62,561 nt of DNA from a virus (taxonomy: Duplodnaviria; Caudoviricetes). Shown one piece after another: positions 38,932 to 48,056 of this stretch. The notes under the pieces were generated by a model. The model saw nothing but the letters and a program-made list of their open reading frames with translations. It searched no databases and had not been told where the DNA came from. A program made the translations under genes and the position numbers. The stretch lies in the IMG/VR virus record IMGVR_UViG_3300045993_000669, positions 1 through 62,561 of that record. One strand, 5' to 3'. The stretch's first letter is position 1; every line of letters begins with the position of its first letter.

Positions 38932-38957
38932 GGCGGGGCAGCAATGTCCCGCCTTTC
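38932..38957 (+). terminator. Hairpin terminator closing array 1
   Basis: GGCGGGGCA-GCAA-TGTCCCGCC followed by TTT. Confidence 0.65.
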
Positions 38958-39053
38958 GCTATTGCGAGCGACGCACAATGGTATAAGGTGACCGGCGGCG
39001 GCAGGGGTGCGCTAACACCCCAGACCGCCTGATCCGAACCTTGGAGATGAGCC

Positions 39054-39671
39054 ATGGCCCGAACTGTGAAAAAGCCTACCACGAATCCGTCTCAGACGCA
39101 GGGCATTGAGTTGCCGCGTTTCGATCTTCAACGAATGCAAATCCGACTGATCGGGGACGCCCCGCTGATTTGCCACGCATGGAGCCAAAAAGCCAAACAG
39201 CAAATGCTGGACAAACAGACGAAGCAGGCCAAGGCTGCGCGAGCGGCCAAGGACCCGATGCAGGACTTCCTTGATAGCCTCTATCCTTTTCCCGGCGGCG
39301 GATACGGCTTCCCCGCTATTGGGTTGAAGTCTTCCGCCGTCGATGCGTGTTCTCATGTTGAGGGAATAACGAAAGTCGAAGCGCGCGGCGCATTCCACAT
39401 CCAGGCCGAACTGGTAAAGATTGAAAGTGGCGAACCAACCATGCGCGAAGACATGGTAAGAGTCGGCCTTGGAACGGCTGACATCCGATATCGCGGACAG
39501 TTTTTAAAGTGGGCGATCAATGTTCCGATCACGTTCAACGCCGGGGTGTTGTCCGTTGGGCAGATCACAAATCTGTTCAACGTCGCCGGATTTTCAATCG
39601 GAATCGGCGAATGGCGGCCGCAGCGGGACGGCATGTTCGGGCTGTTCCACGTTGCCCGCGAGGGCGAATAA
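39054..39671 (+). CDS. Cas7/RAMP-like RNA-binding protein (VIPR-like effector)
   Basis: IGDAPLICH, GFPAIGLKSSAVDA, C-terminal G-rich loop GIGEWRPQRDGMFGLF; flanked by pentamer arrays. Confidence 0.7.
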   Translation: MARTVKKPTTNPSQTQGIELPRFDLQRMQIRLIGDAPLICHAWSQKAKQQMLDKQTKQAKAARAAKDPMQDFLDSLYPFPGGGYGFPAIGLKSSAVDACSHVEGITKVEARGAFHIQAELVKIESGEPTMREDMVRVGLGTADIRYRGQFLKWAINVPITFNAGVLSVGQITNLFNVAGFSIGIGEWRPQRDGMFGLFHVAREGE

Positions 39672-40219
39672 TGGCAGCGCGTCCATCAAGGCGGCAGGCG
39701 GAACCGGCCCGTCCGCCGCCGCGACCGGCCAATCCGCAAATGATTTATCGTTTCACGGCTGGGGCGCAACTTCCGGTGGACGCGCAAACTGCTGGCGAGG
39801 CGTTGGAACGGATACGGCGGCACCGTGGGGCGTTCTTCACGCCGGCCGATGTCGTGGAGGCGTCCCGCTTGCCCCGGGCGTCGTTGCATCGTTGTTTCGA
39901 ATGGGATGATGCGGTGGCGGCGGCTGCCCACCGGATCACGCAGGCCGGATACCTCATCCGGCACGTCGAAGTCATTCCGGCCGCCGGGACGAACACGCCG
40001 CCGGCGAGGGCTTTTGTTTCTGTCACTCAGGACGGCGGGCGGTCGCGGTCTTACACGTCGATAAGTGCGGCGATGCAAGACGCAGGATTCCGCGCGCAAA
40101 TACTGGCCCAGGCACTCGCGGACGTTGAGTCGTTCGTCCGGCGGTATGACCAGTATTATGGCGTTGCTGAATTGATGTCGGTGGTAACCGCGAAGATCAA
40201 AACGGCGGCGGCGGAGTAG
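39671..40219 (+). CDS. Partner protein of the RAMP-like gene
   Basis: TAATG coupling; LHRCFEWDDAVAA..HR..QA motif. Confidence 0.75.
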   Translation: MAARPSRRQAEPARPPPRPANPQMIYRFTAGAQLPVDAQTAGEALERIRRHRGAFFTPADVVEASRLPRASLHRCFEWDDAVAAAAHRITQAGYLIRHVEVIPAAGTNTPPARAFVSVTQDGGRSRSYTSISAAMQDAGFRAQILAQALADVESFVRRYDQYYGVAELMSVVTAKIKTAAAE

Positions 40220-40223
40220 ACTT

Positions 40224-40690
40224 GGCAGGCGAGGCATGGCGCGTCCACGCAAGGCGGGGAGCGGCGCGGTAAGGACGGGCTGGGCGGGGCATGGCAGGCC
40301 AGGACGGGCAAGGCGTGGAGTGGCCGGGATCGGCTCGGAACGGCTGGGCAGGGCAGGCGTGGAACGGCAGGGTGCGGCATGGCATGTCGCGGCGGGTCTA
40401 GGCGAGGCAGGCGAGGTTGGGCACGGCTAGGACGGGCGTGGAGTGGCATGGCGAGGCTGGGCAGGCGTGGCGGGTCGGGGCACGGTCGGGCGGGGCGCGG
40501 CTGGGACGGGCGCGGCAGGGCAGCCAAGGCGGGGCATGGCAACGCACGGCGAGGCAGGCACGGAATGGCAGGGCGAGCAAGGGCACGGTGGGTCAAGGCA
40601 TGGCAGGGCAGGCGAGGAGTGGCACGGCAAGGATCGGCAAGGAATGGCACGGCGCGGCGCGGCTCGGCAGGCTTGGATCGGGAACGGCAT
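40224..40690 (+). repeat. GGC-NN pentamer array 2 (putative multi-guide RNA): 8 units delimited by GGCA
   Basis: Units of 13, 11, 10, 10, 11, 6, 10 and 11 pentamers. Confidence 0.92.
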
Positions 40691-41012
40691 GAGCCTGACC
40701 GACTACCAGATCAGGAGCCTTCGCACCCTGGCAGCCGCGGGCGTGCCTCTGCCGGATATCGCGAAGCAGTTGGGCGTGCCGGTTTCCCGCGTCAGCCACG
40801 CGGCCCATTCGCTGGGGGTTGTCCTGACGACGAAGCGTTACAAGACCAGGATGGAGAAGCGCGCGGCCAGGGACACAGATGCGTCGAAGGCGGAACGGAC
40901 GCTGGCGACGGCGCACGCGCTGAACGACGCCAAGACCGCGCTCCGCCGGGAGATCGCGCTGGCGAAGGCCGAGGCGGCAACTTCGCCGCCGTACAGGGGA
41001 TCATGGGAATGA
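40689..41012 (+). CDS. HTH protein
   Basis: GVPLPDIAKQLGVPVSRVS. Confidence 0.65.
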   Translation: MSLTDYQIRSLRTLAAAGVPLPDIAKQLGVPVSRVSHAAHSLGVVLTTKRYKTRMEKRAARDTDASKAERTLATAHALNDAKTALRREIALAKAEAATSPPYRGSWE

Positions 41013-41371
41013 CCGGAACACACAGGGCCAACGGCGGCTACGCGAGGGCGGAGAAGCTATCGACCGCCCGCCGTTCCGAGATCGCACGGAAAGCGGCGAA
41101 CGCGAGATGGGCCAAATCCGCAAATGATTTACCAATCGACACGGCTGTTGTCGAAGCCTGGAACAGCGGAATCCTTTCGCAAAAGCAAATCGGCCGGAAA
41201 TTCAGGATCACGGAAAACCGGGTGGCGTATCTGGTCCGTGCCGCCCGGCTGGCTGGGATGAAGGTCCGTGCTGCTCGGGATAAGGTGCCGCACGAGGCTG
41301 TGGTGACGCGGGCGGAGTTCGAGGCGTTGGAGCGGCGGATCGCGGCGTTGGAGCGGGGGAAACGGGGATGA
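41009..41371 (+). CDS. Protein with GG.ARA.KL....RSEIARKAA.ARW motif plus HTH
   Basis: Motif visible; LSQKQIGRKFRITENRV. Confidence 0.65.
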   Translation: MTGTHRANGGYARAEKLSTARRSEIARKAANARWAKSANDLPIDTAVVEAWNSGILSQKQIGRKFRITENRVAYLVRAARLAGMKVRAARDKVPHEAVVTRAEFEALERRIAALERGKRG

Positions 41372-41567
41372 GGACGGTTATCCTGCTGCCCCTCCGGCTC
41401 GGCCATTTCGCCACGCGCAGGAATATCGCGATCACTTCGCAGAATCGGCACGCGTTCTCCGCGGCGCAACACGACGGCCTGATATCGATCACGCCGATTA
41501 CCAGCACGACGGCCTGGGTTGAACTGACCGCCAAGGGCCGGGCCGAGATCGATCGGAAGGGGGGAGC

Positions 41568-42263
41568 GTGAAGCCACGCTGCGAGATCATTGGGAACGCC
41601 ACGCTGATTTTAGGCGATTGCCGCGAGATACTCCCGACGCTCGGGCCGGTGGATGCCGTGGTGACCGACCCTCCGTATGGGATAGCGACGGTCTGGAAGG
41701 GCGGAAACGGTTATGGTTGGGGACGTGATCGTGCTGAACGCAATGCTTGGGATAGTGCGCCTCCGTCACCCGAGACAATCGGCACGATCAGAGATATTTC
41801 TAATCAGCAGATAATCTGGGGAGGAAACTACTTCCCGCTTCCTCCGTCACGCGGCTGGCTTGTCTGGAAAAAACCCGGCAGTGGATTCAGCCTGTCCGAT
41901 GCAGAATTGGCGTGGACCAACATCGATCAGCCAGTCCGATGCTTGGAAGTGCATAGACTTACGGCTCTGAATGGGGAGTTGTCGCCCGGCGGCCCGGTGC
42001 GGCCTGATCACCCTACACAGAAGCCAATCGCACTGATGGCATGGTGCTTGGGTTTCGTTTCAGGCACGATTCTCGACCCCTTCATGGGCAGCGGCACGAC
42101 CGGCGTGGCCTGCGCGCGGCTCGGGCGGCGGTTCATCGGCATCGAGATCGACGAGAATTATTTCAACATAGCCTGTCGCCGGATCGAGGACGCCCAACGG
42201 CAGGCCGATCTGTTCGTGACGCCCGCGCCCGTGCCCAAGGCGGTCCAGACCGAACTGCTCTGA
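41568..42263 (+). CDS. N6-adenine/N4-cytosine DNA methyltransferase (beta class)
   Basis: VTDPPYG, HPTQKP, LDPFMGSGTTG. Confidence 0.92.
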   Translation: MKPRCEIIGNATLILGDCREILPTLGPVDAVVTDPPYGIATVWKGGNGYGWGRDRAERNAWDSAPPSPETIGTIRDISNQQIIWGGNYFPLPPSRGWLVWKKPGSGFSLSDAELAWTNIDQPVRCLEVHRLTALNGELSPGGPVRPDHPTQKPIALMAWCLGFVSGTILDPFMGSGTTGVACARLGRRFIGIEIDENYFNIACRRIEDAQRQADLFVTPAPVPKAVQTELL

Positions 42264-42593
42264 CGGTTGACCGCGCTCGCCGGCCGGTTGTAGGATTTTC
42301 GGAGGTTCACGGGGGCCTCGCAAACCCCCGCTTTCTCACGAACCTGCCCAGCGAATTGCTCGTTCCTGGGGAATGACGACGACAGAAAGGGTCTGCCATG
42401 CGTACAATTAACGTAGATGTGTTGCAGGAAAATGCAAGCGCCGAGGTAGCCCGGCGGCGGATAAACGCCGCGCGCCAGCGATTCCTTCAGACCCTACGCG
42501 CCGAAGCACCCTATCTCACCGTCCAGGAACTGCGCTCCGACAACGCCACACTGCGCTCAGCCGCCGATCAGATCATCTTCCTGGCCCACTGCG

Positions 42594-43994
42594 ATGGTTG
42601 ATGGATCGCTCTTCGGGCTGCGCCAGCCGCCGTCCAACCAGCAGGCCGAACAGGCCCTGCTTGGCGCGATCCTGTCCAACAACAAGGCCATGGCGCGGTG
42701 CGAGGGGCTGACGCCGGACCACTTCATCGATCCCGTGAACGGGCGGATTTTCAGCGAGTGCCAGCGGCTGATCAATGCCGGGCGCCTCGCCGATCTCCTG
42801 ACCCTGCGGACCATCTTTGAAAACACCGGGTTCCTGGAAGAAGCCGGGGGAATCGCCTATCTCGCGGGACTTCTCACGGCCACGACCGGGATTATCAACA
42901 CCACCGAGTACGCCCGGGTGATCGCCGACACGGCCCGGCTGCGGCAGGCCATCGACATCGGGGAACGGCTGGTGAACGAAGCCTACGCGGGCGGCGGCGA
43001 CCCGCAGAGGCTGTTCCTGGACATAGCGGCGGACCTGGACAGGCTCGGGGCCGCGCGCCGGGAGAACGCCACCACGACCCTGGCCGATGCCATGCGGCAG
43101 GCCGAAGAGGCCATGGCGCGGGCGCAGGACGGCCAGACGGCGGGCGTCTCCACCGGCTTCCGCTCCTTCGATCTGCGGCTTGGCGGATTGGAGCCGGGAT
43201 TCGTCTACGTCCTGGCCGGACGCCCATCCATGGGGAAATCGAGCCTCGGTCACCAGATCGCGATGAACGTGGCCCGCGCCGGGGTTCCCGTGCTGGAATT
43301 TTCCCTGGAAATGTCAGCCGCACAACTCGGCCGGCGGACCCTGGCGACGGCGGCGAACGTACCGATCGAAGCCATGAAATCGGGCCGCGTGAACATGCTG
43401 GACGCCGAGGCCATCGTGCGCGCCAGGGCCGAACTGTCATCGCTGCCCCTGGCGATTATCGACGCGGGCGGCCAGACGCCAGGGCAGATCGCGGCGGCGG
43501 CGCGTGCCCAGAAGCGCAAGGCCGGTCTCGGCCTGATCATGATCGATCACCTGAACCTCGTGCGTGCCGAGGACGCGGACGCCAAGCACGGGGGGACCTG
43601 GGCGACGGAGCGGGCCAGCGGCGCCGTTCTGGAAATGGCCAAGGCATGCGATTGCCCCGTGCTGCTGCTGGCGCAACTGAGCCGGGGCGTTGAAGGCCGG
43701 GAGGACAAGCGCCCGGTTCTGTCGGATCTGCGGCAGGCGGGCGCCATCGAGCAGGACGCGGATGCGGTCGGGTTCGTGTACCGGCCTGAATACTATCTCG
43801 GGCATGAGCCACAGGCGAAAACCGGGGAGAAGGCGGAATCCTTCGCCGCGCGAAGAAACGATTGGTTTGCCGATAAGGAGAAACACAAAGGCAGTGCAGA
43901 GGTCATCTGGGCAAAGGTGCGAGACGGGGAACCCGGAATCGACAAGCTACGGTTCGACGCTCAGACGGCCACGTTTTGGGAAGAACCCAGGTGA
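42594..43994 (+). CDS. dnaB: Replicative DNA helicase
   Basis: AEQALLGAIL, AGRPSMGKS, LAQLSR, SDLRQAGAIEQDAD. Confidence 0.95.
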   Translation: MVDGSLFGLRQPPSNQQAEQALLGAILSNNKAMARCEGLTPDHFIDPVNGRIFSECQRLINAGRLADLLTLRTIFENTGFLEEAGGIAYLAGLLTATTGIINTTEYARVIADTARLRQAIDIGERLVNEAYAGGGDPQRLFLDIAADLDRLGAARRENATTTLADAMRQAEEAMARAQDGQTAGVSTGFRSFDLRLGGLEPGFVYVLAGRPSMGKSSLGHQIAMNVARAGVPVLEFSLEMSAAQLGRRTLATAANVPIEAMKSGRVNMLDAEAIVRARAELSSLPLAIIDAGGQTPGQIAAAARAQKRKAGLGLIMIDHLNLVRAEDADAKHGGTWATERASGAVLEMAKACDCPVLLLAQLSRGVEGREDKRPVLSDLRQAGAIEQDADAVGFVYRPEYYLGHEPQAKTGEKAESFAARRNDWFADKEKHKGSAEVIWAKVRDGEPGIDKLRFDAQTATFWEEPR

Positions 43995-44809
43995 GCAACG
44001 CGGCCCGGGAGTGGGCGTTCAACCTCCCCATCACCGGACCTAGGAAGTCCGTCCTAGTGGCTCTGGCGCAACATGCCGATGAGCAGGGGCTTTGCTGGCC
44101 GTCCATATCCCGTCTCGTGCTTTATTCCGGGTCCCAGGAGCGGGCCGTCAGGAACGCGCTGCGTGACCTGGAGGAAGCCGGTTTGGTGATCACTGACCGG
44201 TCAAAAGGACGGGTCGCGAGCCACTACAGGCTATCGTTCAACCCGGCATCTGATGCAAAAGACCCGGCACATGATGCCCCGTTGCCAGAACCCAACCCGG
44301 CATCTCATACCATCCAACCCGGCACGTCATACCGCAACCCGGCATCTGATGCCGTTCAACCCGGCACCACATGCCCCCTAATAGTCAATGAACAGTCAAT
44401 AGAATCGTCAATAGAATCGTCAGGGCGATTACCCAGGAAGCGCGTCAAAGCGAAACCGGAAAAGGAACCCGATACCGTCATCCCGGATTGGATCGATGCG
44501 CGGTCCTGGCAAGACTTCCTCGACCATCGGAAAAAGATGCGGCGGCCTCTCACGGCTGGGGCAACGCGGCTCCTGATCGGAAAACTCGACGGCCTCCGAT
44601 CGAAGGGATTTAATCCTAACGAACTTTTGGACACGGCGACAATGAACGGCTGGCAGGGGGTGTTCGAGCCGAAGACCGCGAACGGGCAGCGGGCGCCGCC
44701 GGCATCAAAAATCGCATGGATGAAAAACATGTTCGGCCCACAGGCCGATCCCGAGCAAGACCGGTTCGATCTCGACCTAAACCCTGAAAGGCCCAAAGAC
44801 CATGAGTAA
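43991..44809 (+). CDS. Replication initiator (HTH_36 / lambda O-like)
   Basis: KSVLVALAQHADEQGLCWPSISRL; internal iterons; C-terminal WQDFLDHRK...NGWQGVF. Confidence 0.85.
   Translation: MSNAAREWAFNLPITGPRKSVLVALAQHADEQGLCWPSISRLVLYSGSQERAVRNALRDLEEAGLVITDRSKGRVASHYRLSFNPASDAKDPAHDAPLPEPNPASHTIQPGTSYRNPASDAVQPGTTCPLIVNEQSIESSIESSGRLPRKRVKAKPEKEPDTVIPDWIDARSWQDFLDHRKKMRRPLTAGATRLLIGKLDGLRSKGFNPNELLDTATMNGWQGVFEPKTANGQRAPPASKIAWMKNMFGPQADPEQDRFDLDLNPERPKDHE
44238..44372 (+). repeat. Origin iterons, 6 x ACCCGGCA core
   Basis: Copies at 44241, 44262, 44295, 44317, 44337 and 44359 inside the initiator gene. Confidence 0.8.
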
Positions 44810-45356
44810 CCTAACCGTCATTCCAGGCCACGATATTCCCAGGGCTTCACGGCACCTGGAAGAAGCCATCAACCGAATACTTCAACCGTCATCAGACGCG
44901 GAATTTGGCTGGCGGAACGTCGTTGTCACGCCAAGCGATGCCAGGGAGGCCGAGATCGTTGCATCTGCTATGCGGCGGCAATCTCAACCGGTCTCGGCGG
45001 AAGCGTTGATGCGATGGTTCGCGCCGGTCAATATCGGCGTGAAGAACCCGCAGACGAAGGAAGACTTCCTTGCCAAGTGCCAAGCATTCTCCGTGGCTTG
45101 TTCTGAAATTCCCGCGCGGTTTCTGACGGATCAGACAGCGCGGGAGGCCATGCAAAAGTTCTCATTTTTCCCGTCGGCGGCGGAGGTCTATGCGCTGTTG
45201 TCCGCTCACGCCAACCCGTGGAACCTTCGGATATACGCACTGGATGAGATCGCGAAAACGCCGCCGCGGTTGATGGCGCCAGAGCGGCCAGATGATTACG
45301 AGGAAAAGCAAAAGGCCGCGCTGCTGTTGGAGCGGCGCAACTGGCAGGTTCGATAG
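44802..45356 (+). CDS. Replication-associated protein (possible helicase loader)
   Basis: Follows initiator; FFPSAAEV motif. Confidence 0.5.
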   Translation: MSNLTVIPGHDIPRASRHLEEAINRILQPSSDAEFGWRNVVVTPSDAREAEIVASAMRRQSQPVSAEALMRWFAPVNIGVKNPQTKEDFLAKCQAFSVACSEIPARFLTDQTAREAMQKFSFFPSAAEVYALLSAHANPWNLRIYALDEIAKTPPRLMAPERPDDYEEKQKAALLLERRNWQVR

Positions 45357-45374
45357 GCCATGGCCTGACGGCGT

Positions 45375-47760
45375 TCAGGGGCCGTCCTGTGCGATCCCCC
45401 TGGCCTCGGGCAGCCAGAGCCACGCGGTGCCACGGTGCGCGATCCTGCGGGCGCCACGCTGCTCCCCGATCAGGCGGTACGCCAGCGCCTTGGCGTCATC
45501 GTGGGGCATCCGGCCCCGTGCCCAGTCCTCCAACTCCGGGAACGTGAACGTCCCCCTCCGCCGCATCCAGATCCCCGCCGCCAGCACCAGCGCGGCCGGC
45601 AGCGGTTTCCCCATTTCGATCCCGTCCATTTTCCCCGTTTCCCCAGAAAGCCAGAACGAAGTTACGCACGCCCAAGCCAACGAAAAGCCAGCCCCCGAAC
45701 AGGCAGGCGTACTGCAGGACGATCATACCGGCGGCACGTCCACGACGATCCCGCCCGCGCCACGGATCGCGGAGATGATGGCCTCCACGCTTTCTAGGAC
45801 GTGCCATTCTGGGCCTCTGGCGCTGCCGACGTAGATGATCGACCCGCGATTATTCAAGGGCGCGATTGCCTTGATCCACGCCACGTTGATGGCCACCTGC
45901 TCGGGCAGCCCGTTGACGGTCAGGAGGATAAACAGCGGCGTGGTCATTGCTTTTTCTCCCGATCCGCCGCCAGATCGCCGCCGCGCCGGGCAACGGCCAG
46001 ATCGGCGTTGATGACGGTCGCGATCAAAAACGCCACGGCGCCAACTGCGAACCCGCCAGCGGCAACCGCGAGATAGAACCCGTTCATGACTTGTCTCCGT
46101 GCGGGCAGGCGTGCGGTTCTACGTCGTCGATCTTGGCCAATTTGTTTCCTCCTTCGTTACAGGGTCGATGAAGTAAATCGCGGCGCCGAACAGGATCAGC
46201 GGGAAACGGCGGGCGAGGATATCCATCCATCGGTTGACGCGAGAGTGGCTTTGAACGCGGTATTTCCGTTCCCGCCATCGATCGTCTGGCTCGCATCGGT
46301 ATCGCCACACGAGCCGGTAGACCACGTTGCCGGGGCCTGGGCCGTTCCCGCCGCCCTCCCCATAATCCCGCGCCTCGGCCTCGGTGCCGAACCCGCCCAC
46401 GCTGCTTGCCATGTTGGCATCGCTGTCCATCAGCACGCTTTCCCAAAGCCCGTCCGCCCGCTGGCGCACCACCACCCGCCATTCGGGATTGCCGGCCAGC
46501 GGCTCCGTCCAGTGCCGGTTGCGGGATGCGCGATCGGGCGTCACGGCGATTGGCCGTTGATGAAATTGATCAGTAATTTGGCGTCGTCGATCATGTCGCC
46601 AATCGGCGTTTCGTTGTGGCTCCGAGTGGAGATTGCCAGGATCACGCGTTCCCGCAGCGCGCGGCGTTCCTGTTCATCGGAGGGCTGCATGGGTCCGTCC
46701 CGGTCGTAAGCAGATCGCAACGGCGGAATCGTGAAAGCGTTCGCCGGGGCCGGAGGGGCGGCCTTCATGGCCTCGGCTGCCACGCGGCGCCAAGCCGATT
46801 GGGCGGCGGCGCTGCGTTCAGACAACGTAAAATCCGGGCCTAAATAAATGCGGCTCAGCCTGTCCGCCAGGGCATCCAGGGGTTCATCGAGAGACCCAGC
46901 CGGTTCCGGGGCCTTCGCGGCGGCAACGGCGGCGTCGATCTTGGACTGGACAAGGCATGCCGTGCGGCGCCAGCGGTCGCGCTCTGATCCACTGACGCCG
47001 CGCCAAAACACCTCCGCGGGCGCCCAATGGTCTTCAAATAAATGTATCGCAAGTTGATCGGGGTCCATTTCACTCTCCTTCTGTCAGTTCGCGGGTCCAT
47101 GCCAGGAACGCGTCCAGCACCCCCGGCTCCATGAACACGATATGATCCCCCTCGGCCCGCGGCGCCCGTAGCTGGACCTGATAGCCGTCGAACGAAACGT
47201 ACAGCCCGTCGCCCAGGTATCGCTCTTCAAACGGTTTCATGATTATTCCTCTTCCACATCATCCCAGTGCCGGCGTTCGGAATGAACGCTCACCCGGAGC
47301 GATCCCATTGCCGCTGCCCAGGCCCGCCACACGGGCTGGTTCGCCCGCGTGAAAGCGTCCACCACGATCCGCACCAGCAGCCGGTCCAGCACGATCAAAC
47401 GCCGGATAGCCCGGACCCCAGCCAGGAACATCATCCCGTTCGCCACCAGCAAGGCAACGTTGGCGCCCAGCAGCACGGTCAGCCAATCCATGGCCCGTCC
47501 CCCCCTTCGTCTCCCTCATCCTTGGCCGGCGGCGGCGGCGGCCGGTTGCGTGCCATCCATGCGGCATACCGTGTCAGCCACTCTTCCATTGGCTCCGTCA
47601 TCTTCACCTTGCCGTGCCAGATGCGGACGGCGGTTTGCCATTGCACGCCCATGGTCCCGGCGATCAGGCCCGGCCCGTGTCCGGTCTCCCGCAGCCGCGC
47701 GATCAGGTCGCGCTGGGGTGCGGGCGCCTTCATGGGCTGCCATCCCGCAGCCGCGGACAC
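45375..47760 (-). other. Run of small leftward hypothetical genes
   Basis: Coupled ORFs including an unlisted 56-aa ORF at 47070-47240. Confidence 0.55.
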
Positions 47761-48056
47761 AGTTCGATCACGCGGCGTGCATCACGGGCGTTCATCAGGC
47801 TGATATGGCAGTCTTTCTTGCTCATCTGCATCATATCCGCCAATCGGCTGTAGGCGGCGCTCCTGCTCATGATTTTGTCTTTCCAGATCGGATCGAAGGC
47901 TGCATGTGCCTGTATCCGCGAAAAATGGGTTTCCCGGTCAACGAGCGGTTTCCCGCCCCAGGACCAAAGGCCGCAGCACTCCGCCTTGTCGCCAAACTTG
48001 CCCTTGCTGGCCTTGGCTGGGTTGCCGCACCTGGGGCAGATCGGCGGGGCTTTCAT
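47730..48056 (-). CDS. DUF3268-like zinc-finger protein
   Basis: CPRCG...AHAAFDPIWK...SRSAAYSRLA...CHI. Confidence 0.7.
   Translation of the reverse strand: MKAPPICPRCGNPAKASKGKFGDKAECCGLWSWGGKPLVDRETHFSRIQAHAAFDPIWKDKIMSRSAAYSRLADMMQMSKKDCHISLMNARDARRVIELCPRLRDGSP

Noticed and set aside
40410-40459. Unit D reverse-complement reading H-S-I-T-T-R-Y-V-H, reminiscent of the tyrosine-integrase C-terminal motif
   Set aside because: Spacing does not fit the real H-x-x-I-x-T-T-x-x-Y motif without gaps; likely coincidence.
38819-40690. Classical CRISPR array, or simple microsatellite / G-quadruplex tract
   Set aside because: No 25-40-nt repeats with spacers and no cas1/cas2. The NN positions are too diverse and the punctuation too regular for slippage. 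G4 formation is possible but does not explain the pattern.
40156-41012. Long Arg/Gly/Ala-rich ORFs over array 2 (e.g. 40379-41371 and 40443-41012 extensions) and 38580-39032 over array 1
   Set aside because: Open frames arise because GGC-NN repeats rarely contain stops; 5-nt periodicity is not codon-compatible. Real starts are 40689 and 41009.
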